Positions 50,132 through 63,400 of a stretch of DNA of 64,000 nucleotides are shown in pieces. Below the pieces are notes generated by a model. That model was not told where the DNA came from and did no database searches. It saw only the letters and a program-made list of their open reading frames with translations. The stretch comes from Utricularia gibba (taxonomy: Eukaryota > Plantae > Magnoliophyta): assembly GCA_002189035.1 (NCBI GenBank), contig CM007989.1:2666001-2730000 (forward strand). The letters are read 5' to 3'. The position numbers and the translations under genes were made by a program. Numbering within the stretch: position 1 is the stretch's first letter; every line of letters starts with the position of its first letter.

Positions 50132-51399
50132 TACTTGGCATGCCCTGCAACTGCAGTTAGCTCCTGCTCAGCTGAGAATTCCATGTTTTTGTTTCCTTTT
50201 GTTTTGTTGACGGTAAACCCCACCAGAAATAAACTGACCATTTGAAAGAAAGGATAGAGGATTCATGTTAGATGAGTTTACATGTTTGAATCCCAATTAG
50301 AGTGGCAGGGGCGGCTGCGTCCGGTGGAGACCTTGAGGTTGAAAGTTAGTAAACGCTGCCGCCGCTGCTGCTGCTGCTTCTGCATAGGCTACATTAATCG
50401 TTTCATTAATGAGCACTTTATGTAGAAGGGGCCAACATCCGCTTCATTGAGGATGAGGTAGCCCATATATTAACAAACCAAGATAACAACGTTTAACTGA
50501 AATTGGTGGGTGCACTTAGTTGACGCCATTTTCCTGAATAATCGCTGTCCATGAAATATCTCATCTCTGCCTCCTCTTCTTCTTCTCGCCTCCGGGCGAT
50601 AGCATCATCGCTGATGACGTAAATTTAATTAACTGCAAATTAACGTTTCTAATCTCCGATTGGATTTCCATTCAGCACCGCTGTTTTATTTTCCCTCTCT
50701 TTTCTGGGCCTTCTAATTCCTTTTGTCTTCTCTCCTGGAATTCATCTTGGGGTTCAGAAAACACCTTCAGCTGCTATTCATGTCGTGTGAGTTTCATGTG
50801 CAATTTTTAATATACAAAATTCTCTCTTCCTAACGCTGGGTTCGGTTGCTGACGTGATTGATCGTCTATCAACCCTCCGCTGGCTTCCATTTCTCAATTT
50901 GGATTCTTCCTGGATTGTTGTTAGATCATTTTCTCATTGTCTTGTGTATTCTTCTTGTGTGCGATGATTGGTTGACTGCGATGGTAAGTTTACCACAATG
51001 TGCTTGCTTGTTTTGAAAAAAAAAAAAAATTGTAAATTTCTGGGGGTTGGAGAGGATTCTCGAACTTTTTCGTTCACTGAAAATGCTGATTATATATCCC
51101 CTCGTCCTCCCTTTTTATGTGTCCTGCCCTAATCTTGATTGGAACCGTTTCTTCGTGTTATAATATCAGCAGTTTGTGGAGTTTGAGTGGTTTGAAAAGC
51201 CGTTGATGTTCTTTGGCGCTCAGTTTTCACTTGATACGGAAAATATTACTATCCACACATCTTATTCATGGTTACAGGCGAGGAAGCTGATGGGTTTTTT
51301 GATGAATTAACCTTGTAACATGTAGAGGGCGTACTGTGTATGAACTTCCCAATCTACAAGGTAGCATCTTGGGCGAATCTGAGATACGCGATTCCAGAG

Positions 51400-53490
51400 A
51401 TGTTGCAAGCAATACTATTCCTGATGTTCAGATTACACAGGAAAAAGATACTCCTTGTCTTTCTACTTCTCACAATAACTAGCATCTTTGTACAGATTTC
51501 TTCAGTTCCTTCACCATTTACTGAATGGATCTCTCGACCTCAGTCTGTTATCTGGTATCCAAAACAGAACATTGCATTACTTAAAGGAAAAGGTCATTCT
51601 TTGGCGCTGGATGCTCACCTTGATACTTCCCCTGATACCCCTGTCTTGGCTACCCTTAATTCTTCCACTAGAACATTTGAGCCGGTGCCTGTTTTTAAAA
51701 AAGGAAGTCTAAGGTCTCGAAAGGGGACAGGGCACAACATTAAGCAAGGCATATTGCGTCCTCCAGCTGATACGCTTTTTAGGGTCAAGAAACTTCCTAC
51801 TCATATTGAGGTATGTGTTCGAGCAAGAATGATGTCTTATTTTCGTTTTAGTTGTGCTTCCTAATATGAATGTTTCTACTTTTTCAGAAATACATACGAT
51901 CATTGACACCAGAAGAGGCGCTTGCATATGCTAAAAAGGACATAGAGAACACCTCGTTAACTAATGATGACAATGATCAAGAATTATACCCACCTCTTTT
52001 TCGGAATATCTCAACTTTCAAAAGGTATATGTATCTTTTTACTTAAGTGTGCATACCATTAGATGTTTCACTCCATTCTTTGGATGTTTCAAAGAAATAC
52101 TTCACTTCTGCACCAGTTGTAACCCTGAAAAAGGCCGTCTTCTTGGCCTTACAGACCATCACATGAGATTTTTTGGCTGGTTTTTAATCTTTCTCTGTGA
52201 ACCATGAGACTTAAATTTTGGTTATGGCACAAGATTCTGTGATATCTTTTCTGCATTTATTGATGTACCCCAACACTGTAGTAAACCGTGACCGCAACTT
52301 TTACTCTAGGAGTTATGAATGGATGGAGCGATTGCTAAAAGTTTACATTTACCAAGAGGGACAAAAGCCTATTTTTCATGTGCCTCATCTTATTGGAATC
52401 TACTCTTCTGAAGGATGGTTTATCAGATTGATGGAGGGAAATAAGCAATTCGTCACAAAGGACCCCAAGAAAGCTCATTTATTTTTTCTACCATACAGTA
52501 CTCGACAGCTACAGACATCCCTCTATATTGCTAATTCCCATGATCTGAAGCCTCTGGCAATCTTCCTGCGCAACTACGTGAACATGATTGCTGCAAAGCA
52601 CCCATTCTGGAACCGTACATCGGGCACGGATCATTTTCTCGTTGCTTGCCATGACTGGGTAGGGAGGTTTATGAAGTTTTTCATTTATACTGGTTTCTGG
52701 GGTGTGAGAAAAGGACTCTCTTTCATGATCGTTGCTTTGATGCCTTTGCGGCCACTTACGTAGCTTTGTGTGCTTCGCTCATTTTCTGTATCGCATCCAG
52801 GGACCTTATATTCTGAAGGAGCATGAAGAGCTTATGAGAAACACCATCAAAGCTTTATGCAATGCAGATGTATCGGAGAAGATTTTCATTGCCGGAAGGG
52901 ACGTTTCCTTGCCAGAAACAACGATCCGCAATCCGAAAAGACCTCTCAGAAACGTAGGTGGAAGGAGAGTTTCTCAGCGCCCGATCCTCGCCTTCTTTGC
53001 GGGGCGTCGGCATGGCAGAGTTCGCCCCCTGCTACTCAAGCACTGGAGTGACAAACACGAGGACATGAGGATCTATGGGCCACTACCCAACAGAGCATCA
53101 AGAGTGATGTCTTATCCAGAGCACATGAAATCCAGCAAATACTGCATTTGTCCGATGGGGTATGAAGTGAACAGCCCCAGAATCGTGGAATCGATTTACT
53201 ACGAATGCGTCCCCGTGATCATCGCCGACAACTTCGTCCCCCCATTGAGTGAAATCCTCAACTGGGATGCGTTTTCTGTGACCATCCTCGAGAAGGACAT
53301 CCCCAGGTTGAAGGAGATTCTGGTTGCAATACCCATGAAACGGTATCTCGCATTGCAGGCCAATGTGAAAAGGGTGCAGAAGCATTTCTTCTGGAATACG
53401 AAGCCTGTGAGATACGATCTCTTTCACATGATCCTGCATTCCATTTGGACCAGTAGACTCAACCATCTTCAGGCTTCAGACTGGCGATAG
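51400..53490 (+). CDS. Exostosin-like glycosyltransferase family 47, multi-exon; start uncertain
   Basis: N-terminal TM segment, SYEWMERLLKVYIYQEG, GIYSSEGWF, HPFWNRTSGTDHFLVACHDW, CPMGYEVNSPRIVESIYYECVPV. Confidence 0.9.
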
Positions 53491-53688
53491 AAATGTAAAT
53501 TAGCAGTTTTTATTGTTGTTATCATTATTTTGTCAAAATACTACAGGAAAAAGCAATGTGTGGAGCTTTGTGAAATTAAAAAAAAAAAAAAAAAGATTTA
53601 CAAACACTGGGAAGAAGATGAGAGTGATGTATATAGAATGTGAATTTCAAGCGGTTACAAGGGTGGCCGGGGAAAAAAAACTGTTGAA

Positions 53689-55765
53689 TCAGAGGATCAT
53701 TTTCAGATTGCACAGCACAGAACTCAACGCCGCCATTATCACCATCGCGAAGGTAAACCCAGAAATCCGCTGGCTCCCAGATCCATTTCTCTTCGGCAAG
53801 TGATTCGGAATAGCGCATTCTTCCCCATTGAAGAACACTCTTGATGGGAATCCATCTCCTTTGATTACATTGATTCCCGGGTTATGCTTCTTCGTGAAGG
53901 AAATCACTGTCTGTTGTTTCCCTGGAATTTTGGGATCTCGATCTGGGTGTGTTCCATTTGTTTCTCCGACGAGGTAATTGAGACCCGGTAGCCCCTGCAT
54001 GAAGATGGTTTTGCTGTTCTTACCCGGAAGCTTGGTTGCGTTGAAGGAGTAGGCTTTTTCGAAACCAGGGAACGCCAAATTCTTCATTTGAACAGCGGAG
54101 AACCAGTTAGCGAAAGCGTCTTCTTCCCAATTGAAGAGCGTGATTCTCGCCGCCCAGCCGGATTTGTAATCGGAATCGACGTGCCAATTGATGCTAACGC
54201 CGCAGTTATCTGGGCACGGCAGTCTCCGGGGGACTGCACGATGCTTGATTCTTGCGAAAGCCAACGCCTTCTCCGTCCGATCCGGGAACGGAACGAGAAG
54301 CGACTCCGCCGGAAGAAGCAGGGGATTCGCGTTTCTGTTACATTTTGCCTCCTCGTCGCAGCCGCAAGCGCAGGTGTTGCAAGGAATCACGGCGTCAGTG
54401 TAGTAAGCAGAGAAGGAAACGCAGCACTTCGCTTCCCTGGGTTTAGGCTTCGTCACATTGCAGCTAATCTCCCAGCTCGCGACGGCCGACGTCGTGGCGT
54501 CGAGACCCGACGGATCCGGAAACTCCGTCGGGTCAACACTAACTGGCGGCCCACATGTATAACTGGGGTTCAATCTTCCCATGATTTTCCAATTCTGGGG
54601 CGGCGTTAAGGCTGTTCTGTTCATATCCGGCGGAAGCTTAAATACATCGAGCTGAAAAATCGATCTCGCCAGGGTCTCATTCATCGTTTTCGGCAGCAAG
54701 ATTCCGTCTTTACAGCAAAACGGCAGTTTCCCAACTCTATCATCGTTCCTCATTTCCGGCGGTAGATCTGAGATCACAGGCTTCTTGTAACAGCTCATTA
54801 CAGTTGAAAAATCGAAGTCTCTGTAATATTGCCCCTGTGGTCCGTAAACGCAGTCAGCAGGATCCCGGCGGTGAGTATACGCCCCTCTCATTTCATTGAT
54901 GAACTCATTTCTCATCCATTCCCATGTTAAATTCCATTGATCCAAGCGACCCAGAGGATGATTGTTGTCAATGGTGACCTGGGCAAGGTAATGATTATCG
55001 TAGGCTCGAAGAACATCGTATGTGAAGACAAGATCGCCGTATCTTCTCGGGCGAAACTTCGTTTTCGTCTTCTTCGTTTTCAGTTTCGGGTCCTTTCTGC
55101 AGCACACGTACATGTAACCAGCTGCAAAAGCAAAATCATCATCCCTTCTCATCGTAATCGCCTCTGTATGCGATCGAGTTACCTTTTCGTGTTGGGGCAG
55201 GGCATTTGTAGCCGTCGTTCACGAGTCTGATGGTTTTGGGCATTGGCGTTGTTTTGGGGGCGAGGCCGAATTGCGTTCCCGTGATAGCGATTTTGGCTTG
55301 CATCTGCGTGATATCTCCGGCGGTATCGATGGCGGTTTTCAGGTCAGTTTGAGGGTACCCTGAGATGGTGGTTCCGTTTTTCCCTACAGGGATCGGGAAA
55401 TCGTCCCCGTCCATGACGACGGCCCCGTCAGCCGATACCAGGAGCTCGTTGTACCGAAATCCAATGTACATTTGCCACGCCTTTAGCTCGTCGGTGCCGG
55501 TGTTGAGCACAGTGGCGAGGGATTGAAACGACCACGCCTGGGCGGAGACATTTTTAACAAAAGGGTATTCCTTTTGACGGCCCAGAAAGTTGTAGGAGAG
55601 GAAAACGCCATTGCAGGATTCGATTTCACGAGGAGGCGGAGAAGGGGTGTCCGTGGAGTCGTAGTCCTGCCCCAAGGCGAAGGAGATGCACAGAGACAAC
55701 AAAATGATTACTGGTATTGCCTTTTTTGCTGATGGTGGCATGAGGTGCAGACTGGGGATGAGCAT
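53689..55765 (-). CDS. COBL: COBRA-like GPI-anchored protein (COBL7-11 clade, COBL10-like). Exons 55765 (or 55741)-55183 and 55121-53689, 61-nt intron
   Basis: Signal peptide, NHPLGRLDQWNLTWEWMRNEFI, CCVSFSAYY (CCVS motif), CPDNCGVSINWH, GDGFPSRVFFNGEEC, hydrophobic C-terminal tail. Confidence 0.92.
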
Positions 55766-56034
55766 TTCTTCTGCCCTGATCTCCGCCGCAACGACGGGAA
55801 GCGACGGGCGGGACGGCGCGACGGGGAAGAAGAAGAGGATCTCTGCTGGGGGTGAAATGGTAAATGTAGCAGAGGAAGCTCTGGAATGCAAGGAGAAATG
55901 AGGGGACCTTACTAAGAATGGAAATAGAGAATGCCCTGCCCCATTTCATCCTCAAATCCGCACGAGGCTGCCCGAGGATTTAGGATTCTAACAAATTAAT
56001 ATTATTTTTTTATTTTTTTCGGAGATAATAATAA

Positions 56035-57170
56035 TTAGGAAACACTAATTACGACCAACAACAGTACCACGATCCGGGTCACGCTCTCATTCGAAGTCAA
56101 CCCCAGGATCCGACCCGTTGATATATCCGATTGGACCGGTGAACCGATTCGGAAATTCGGGTTTGACCCGTATAAGGCTTGGACCCCCTCCACATCATCC
56201 ATTCGGAGCTCCACTTTCTTTGTTCTCGGGTTCAAAGTCGGGTACATGATCGCCTCCTCGACGGAGGAGTGCCCTAGCCCCAAAATGTGACCAATTTCAT
56301 GAGTGGCCACGGATTCTAAATCCACGGCCACCTTCGACTTCTGCTTGGAGAAGTCAACTGCCCATGTCTCCGCCGCGTCAAGGTGCAACCGCCCCGTCTC
56401 CGGCGAGAAGCCGTGGGCCAGAACACCGAGGACCCCGTCGAACGGTTCACCGTCGCCGTGGTCGCCGTTGTACCAACCGATTCGGATGTCGGCAGTTGTA
56501 TAGTCGTCCGTCTCCGTGAAGTTCAACGGAATAACTTCCGACCACCGCGCGAACGCCCTCGCGAAAGCCGCCTTCAACGCCGTCGGACTTAGGCACGCAA
56601 TCGTGTTGTTATGGGAGAAAGCGTACGACAGCGTCCGAGGAGTCCGAAGCTGTGATAGAAAATATCCCCGGGAAACAAAAATTAATAAAGAATTCGAATA
56701 TTTTTAATTTGCGTCCGTTATACTTCTGATAAAAACAATACCCATCTCGGCTCGCCGTTGAAGAAGGCAAACCGCCGTGTCCCGGCGCCGGCATCACCGG
56801 AATCCGCGACTCCGCATCTCGGGGACACGATGGAGCTCACAGTCCAATAGTCAAGCCTTCCCGTCTCCGATAACCCCAGATTCTTCTGGTACGACAACAA
56901 CGCCATCTCGAGTTGATCATCGAACAATTCATCCAACCTGTGGCCGTTGTTTTGGAGATAACCGAAGCGACGGAAGTACGCCTTCAGCTCCGCCATGCCG
57001 GAGACACGGCTCCCCTTTTCCGCATCCAGGAGCCGCGTGAATCCAGACCACGCGGGGGAGACGTGAACGGCATCATCACCAAGAACGGGAAAAACACCAA
57101 ACAGAAGCAGGAGTCCAAACAAAGGCGAAGAACCCCAAGAAAAATGAAGACAACCGAGAAACGGAAGCAT
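56035..57170 (-). CDS. MMP: Matrix metalloproteinase (M10A). Exons 57170-56742 and 56649-56035
   Basis: Signal peptide, PRCGVAD cysteine switch, HGDGEPFDG, HEIGHILGLGHS zinc-binding motif, AIMYP Met-turn, hydrophobic C-terminus. Confidence 0.93.
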
Positions 57171-58210
57171 GGAGTCCCTAGAGGCCGTCAAGTGCTTTCC
57201 ATTTCATCCTTTTTCATACTTTTATTTATTATGTAAAATTTGATTATTTTTTCGAAAGTACAATATCGTTGACATACTATAAGAAACAATAACCCTTAGT
57301 ATACTGTCTGAAATTCACAAAAACCCAATCCATATCCACCCCTGATCGATCCGACTACGTTTCAATTTCTAATACGATTTCGCAATCAAAATTAAAAATG
57401 AAGTAACATAACTTTCATATTGTTGATAGAAAAAAAACATGTGTAGGATGTGGGATGAGATCAACTTATTTAGGTATTGTTGTGTGTTTATTTATTTAAT
57501 ATTAAAAGAAGTCAACTAATGAATATTTGGTATCTCTACCGCGTAATAATTATGGATTAAAGAATTTAAACGAGACCTATTTTTTTATTATATAGTCATA
57601 AATAGGTCTGCATCCTTCTTGTTTCATACTTATTATTAATTGAAATGTAATTTCAGCTTGGGTTTGTTGACCAAAACAAACAGGCTTTGTTTAGTTAGTT
57701 GATTTAAATTTTCATGTATTTAGATTATTTAGATTTAGACAAACCCAAATATGTAGGTATAAAAATACTTATACTCTAATTAGTTATACATATATTCATA
57801 TATAAAAGTAATATATGGGTATAATTATACCAAATAATAAAATTTTATTAAACTTATTATAAATCAACTTTATACTTTCATCTCAAACAAGGTTACAGTT
57901 TGGAACAAACAACCCATGTTATTTGATTATTATAATCGTATAATGTTTATTTTGTGTAAATATAAATAAATTTAAAATATATTATTAATTAAATTAAAAG
58001 AGGAGAGAATGGAAACAATCTCCCCACCATTGACGCTGATCTTCCACATGTAATAATACTTACCGCTCCACTCTTTCAACCAACTACAAACTAGGGCTTC
58101 CCCATCTTTCAACTGCACACTCCACTCTATTTGTTTATTTATTTATACCCGGACTTCCATCACATACAGACTTTTAGCTATGCCATTCATTCGCAACAGC
58201 ATCTTCTCCG

Positions 58211-59047
58211 ATGGATCGGCTGGCGGACCCCGATGAGGATGAGGAGCACCGGACACGCCATTGCAGGGGGCTCCCGTGTGCAGGCGCATTGGGAGGACAC
58301 ATGAGACCCCATGATCACGCCGTCGCGTCCCACACCGGGAATCGGCATCCCTATTTCCTGCGCGCAAAAGGAACTCCCAGATACCACGAGTTGGGAGCAT
58401 CCTGCGATTTCGATGTCTCCAACGAGGATCAGGATCTGGCCAACTGCCTGGTCATGCTGTCTGACAGGTGCTACACTCAGGAGGGTGTGGAGAAGAAGGC
58501 GGTTAAGGAGGGAGGGGGTGGTGGTAATTTTCAGTGCAAGACTTGTAAGAAGGTGTTCAGTTCGCATCAGGCTTTGGGAGGGCACAGGGCCAGCCATAAG
58601 AAGGTGAAGGGATGCTATGCGGCTAAATCCTCCTCCTATGAGACTAATGCTGGCGGCAATGAAGACAATGAGGAGCTGATCATGCAGGAAGATCATCGGA
58701 AAAGGGCGAAAACACACGAGTGCTCGGTCTGTCTCCGGGTTTTCTCGTCTGGGCAGGCACTGGGAGGCCACAAGAGGTGCCATTGGCTCACTACTTCGAT
58801 GGAGAGCAGCACCCCTTTTATCCCAAATCACCACCATCTCGATCTGAACCTCAATCTCCCCGCTCCTCCACGGATTCAGCCGCAGGGCGACGCCAGTAGC
58901 TTGTCCTGTGCCACGACATCCCACATCGATCAACTCCCAGCAGATCATAAACCCGAAAACACCCACAAGCTGAGTGATCTCAGAAAGGATGCAAATCTGG
59001 ATGGTGCATGGCTGCAGATGGGGTTTCCATCCACCAGCGATGGATGA
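58211..59047 (+). CDS. QALGGH-type C2H2 zinc-finger repressor (ZAT-like), 278 aa, intronless
   Basis: Two intact fingers (CKTCKKVFSSHQALGGHRASH, CSVCLRVFSSGQALGGHKRCH), L-box DLANCLVML, EAR motif LDLNLNLP, and a degenerate first finger. Confidence 0.9.
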   Translation: MDRLADPDEDEEHRTRHCRGLPCAGALGGHMRPHDHAVASHTGNRHPYFLRAKGTPRYHELGASCDFDVSNEDQDLANCLVMLSDRCYTQEGVEKKAVKEGGGGGNFQCKTCKKVFSSHQALGGHRASHKKVKGCYAAKSSSYETNAGGNEDNEELIMQEDHRKRAKTHECSVCLRVFSSGQALGGHKRCHWLTTSMESSTPFIPNHHHLDLNLNLPAPPRIQPQGDASSLSCATTSHIDQLPADHKPENTHKLSDLRKDANLDGAWLQMGFPSTSDG

Positions 59048-60467
59048 TCGCCTCAGTATATCATAGAATTACACTAGCATACAGTTACACCACACACCGC
59101 ACAGACAAAATGCTGTCTGCATTTGGTTGCACCAACACAATATAATACACCACACTACAAGAATGTTTGTAGATACACGTTGATGGCATCAATTCCCCAC
59201 CCCTTGGTCCATTGGGAGCATTGTGCTCATTAAAAGGGGTGTTCGCTACAATTTTTATTGCCATATACTTCTGGTAATTCAGTTCTAAATTTTCCAATTC
59301 AGAACCAATAACATATTCGTGTTTTTATTTCACCTCATAAAGTTTGCCCGAGTACAATGTGTTGTCTTAATTTTTAGCTACACTAGAAAAAAAAGGTTTT
59401 TGGATTTTTGGGTAATTTTTTTGAAAATAAATTAATAGAAACAAACAAAAAATCAATTAAGATCTAAAATCAGAAATTAAATGATGAGAACAAGAAACCC
59501 TAATGTAAAATATTAAAGTAATGAATAATTTTTTTTATTAAATTTAAATAATAAATACAAATAGGGTTACGTGTACATTTCAAGATTCGGGAATTAGGGA
59601 TTCCGACAAAGTGCGGAATCTCATATTTAATTTTTAAACATGGGAATATAAAATATAACATGCGCATTCTTACCCATCTCTTGATAACCTTTGAGATTCT
59701 AATTCTATGACGAATGTAAGTAAACATACGTTGTCGTTTTTCACGTCAAATGTTTGTTGATCTAAATTAGATGAATGATTTTATTTTCTTGGTTTTTTGT
59801 GAATTTTAATGAAGAATTTTGGTATATTCGATTTAATTATGCCAATGAAATTTTGAGGAACAACATATATAGGAGCGTGGTGCATGCGAGTGCTTTTTAT
59901 CTCTTAAAAAATAGACCGCTTTGTAATTTTAATTGAAAATATGTAATGCTGCCACGTGACGAAAATGCCCAAGGGAGAGACGGGTCGGGTCAGGGGAGGA
60001 AGGGCGTGGGTAGGGTAGTTTGACAACTGCGAAGCCGAACGCATCGAAGCCTTGTCTTCTCCTCTCTTCTATCCTCCAGAGCCATCTCTCTCACGCACAT
60101 AACACACACTGAGATCCTCTTGTATTCGGATTCATTGGATTCTGTTGTATCCGGTTTTCATCTTTAACTTAGACGGGTGCTTCTTTCCGAATTCTCAGAT
60201 TTTCGCTTTTTAGGGGGTTACCGTGTGCGATTTTGATTCAAAATGTTGCAGGATGATATGTCGGCGCTCGTTATGTGAATCCGCAGGTTTGCTGAACTCC
60301 TAAAACCCTAGATCTTGCTCGATTTGGATTGACGAGGGGGTTTTTTTCCCGATTGGGTCGGTTAATTTGGGATCTGAGTATTGTAGTGGAATAAATCTGT
60401 CGGCTTTTGGCAATTTGTATACAAGTGCTGTTTTTTGTTTTAAGAAATCGAGGTTGGGTTTGGGAGG

Positions 60468-63400
60468 ATGGCATCCAATCATCCTCCATTCCAGGTGGAG
60501 GATAATACAGATGAGGATTTTTTTGACAAATTAGTGAACGATGATGATGATGATATGAGCTTGGTCACCAAGCCCGCTGCTGCGAGTAGCATTGCACTGA
60601 ACGATGGGAATGTGACTGATGTGGCTAAAGCTTTCTCCAATTTGAGTACGAGTGATTTGGGGAACACCGATGAGTTTAATTTTGTAAATGATGATGATTT
60701 CAGAGAGAAGGTGGATGCAGGAGTTGCACCTGACAATGGAGTGAAGGCTTTTGAAATTGGAAATTCATTGCCATCCGTCAGTTCATTTTCGTTTGATCAA
60801 TGCACGCCAGATTTGCCTGAAAAAAATGAGATTGCTGAAATTCTGGCCGACTCAAGCGTGACTGGTGATAGGGCACCCCAGGGTTCATCTGATGTGATCG
60901 GTTCTGGTGACACTGCCGATGTCTCTGGGACTTCTGGAGTTAAGGAAATGGATTGGAGTGCGTTCCATACTAATGCAGCACAGAATAGCAGTAATGGATT
61001 TGGTTCATACTCGGACTTTTTCACTGAATTTGGTGTGGATGATACTGCGGATGAATTTGAAAAGATTGTGGGAGATGGCTCACAAGTTGAACCAAATGCT
61101 GCTGTTGATCATGCACAGTTGTCACTGCATGCTGACACCTTTAATGGATCTTTCCAGTATAATGAAGGTTATACTAATGGTGTAGTTGCAGATCAGAACT
61201 CTGTTATCCAAGATTTGAATAGCAGTCAGTACTGGGAAGAGCAGTATCCAGGTTGGAAATATGATGCAAGCACTGGTCAGTGGTTTCAGGTGGACAGTTA
61301 CAATGCAAGTTCAGTTGTACAGGAAAATACAACTTTGAATTCTTCTACATGGGGGGCAAGCAATGGGACTTCTGAGTCATTGTATGTCCAGCAAAATCTT
61401 CAAAGTATAACAGGAGCTGTTGCTGAGTCTGGTCTAACAGGAACTGCCTATAGCTGGAATCAAGGTGATCAGACGAGTGATCCTACTAGGACTTCGACTA
61501 ATTGGAATGTGGTTTCAGATGTCGGTGGTGGTGATGCTAATGGTGTTGTGTCAGACTGGAATCAAGCTTCTAATGCAGCTAGCAGCTACCCACCTAATAT
61601 GGTTTTTGACCCTCAGTACCCTGGCTGGTATTATGATACTACTCTACAGCAGTGGCTTACTTTGGAATCGTACACTGCATCTTCTCCATCCTCTGCTGGC
61701 TTTCAAAACCACAAGACTGAGGATTCTTATTCATCAACTATGGAATTCGCTCAAAATGCTAATGCCATGTCATATAAAACTGGTGGATCTGAAACCTTTG
61801 GTAACCAAGTTTCTGAGGGCAACTGGTCGGGATCCATCAGCAACTACCAGCAGCCAAATTCCAGGTCATGGCTGCCAGAAGCTGCTAGTGTTGTGGAAGC
61901 TGTCTCACCTAATGTCATGGACCAGCATTTTGAAAAGGCACCTGGACAGAGTGTTTCTAAGAATGTGACTGGAAGTTATCAAAGTAGTTTTCCTCGTGCT
62001 GTAGAAAATAAATTGACTGAGAATCTGAGTCACACTCGGAGATTGTCCATGCCTTCACAGTATGTTGTAGATGGGAATTCAAGTCAGTATTTCAATGATT
62101 CCAAAGCTAATGTAAATGAATCAAGCCACTTTTTAGGTGAACAGCTCATGAATCAGAGTTCAGTCAACTTTAAACAACCACTTTTTCAGGGCGTTCAGGC
62201 CCCATATGTTCCTGCCGCTGGAAGGTCATCTGATGGACGACCATCTCATGCCCTGGTTGCATTTGGTTTTGGTGGAAAGCTTATTATAATGAAACCTAAT
62301 TCCCCTAGTGAAAACATAAACTTTGTTCGTCAGGTCTGTGCTATTTCTCGTCCTTGTGCATTCTTATCAGCTTCTTCTAAAGATTTCTTTCTCAAAATGC
62401 TTTGATTTTCATGAAGAATGATTTGGGAGGCCAGTTATCTATCATGAACTTGGCGGAGATTGCAAATGCCAATCGTGATGCTTCAATCCATGGAAGGGGA
62501 GAAAATGATCTTTTCCAGGCTCTCTGTCACCATCCCATTCCTGGCCCACTTACCAGCGGATTTGGTGGCATGAAAGAGTTAAACAAATGGATTGATGAGA
62601 GTATTGCAAAACTGGAACCTTTCAATGTGAACAGAGTGTTGCAGTTGCTGTTGTCCTTGCTTAAAATAGCTTGCCAACACTATGGGAAACTCCGTTCTCC
62701 ATACGGTACAGACATTTTGAAGGTAAATGAATCTTCTTGTTGATGAATGAAAAAGAGATTTCTTTGGGAAAACTTGAGGATTTTTTGTGCATAGAACAAC
62801 AATGCTTCTGTTGGCAAACGTTGCCCATTATTAGTTAATTATTTTGTTTTTTTCACTTCATAAAGCCTGCTCTTTTATCAGGAAAATGATTCCCCAGAGT
62901 CTGCAGTTGCCAGATTGTTTGCATCTGCGAAGGGGAATGATCCTTATCTTAGTCAGTATGCAACCACATCATGGTGCTTGCAGCAAATGCCATCTGATGG
63001 AGAAATACAGGTATCCTGGGCTCTATGGATTTATGTAGTTTTAATTTCATGAGTATTGTGTATTTCTAAGATTTTTAACTTTAATTCGTAGTCCACTGCT
63101 GCTGAGGTTCAAAAACTACTGGTGTCTGGAAGAAAGAGGGAAGCATTGCAATGTGCACAAGAGGGTCAATTGTGGGGTCCAGCCATTGTTCTTGCTGCAC
63201 AACTTGGTGATCAAGTATGTCGCACTGGGCCTCTTTATGATTAATGCTAGATACTTGATTGCTGGTTATTAAGTACTTAAACTATCCGTGCAGTTCTATG
63301 CTGAAACTGTTAAGCAAATGGCACTTCGCCAGTTGGTATCAGGCTCGCCTTTGCGCACATTATGTCTTCTAATTGCTGGCTGCCCAGCTGATGTTTTTTC

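Noticed and set aside
58918-58928. Exact plant snRNA upstream sequence element ATCCCACATCG
   Set aside because: It lies inside the C2H2 gene CDS, has no TATA box at the expected spacing, and no snRNA-like sequence follows.
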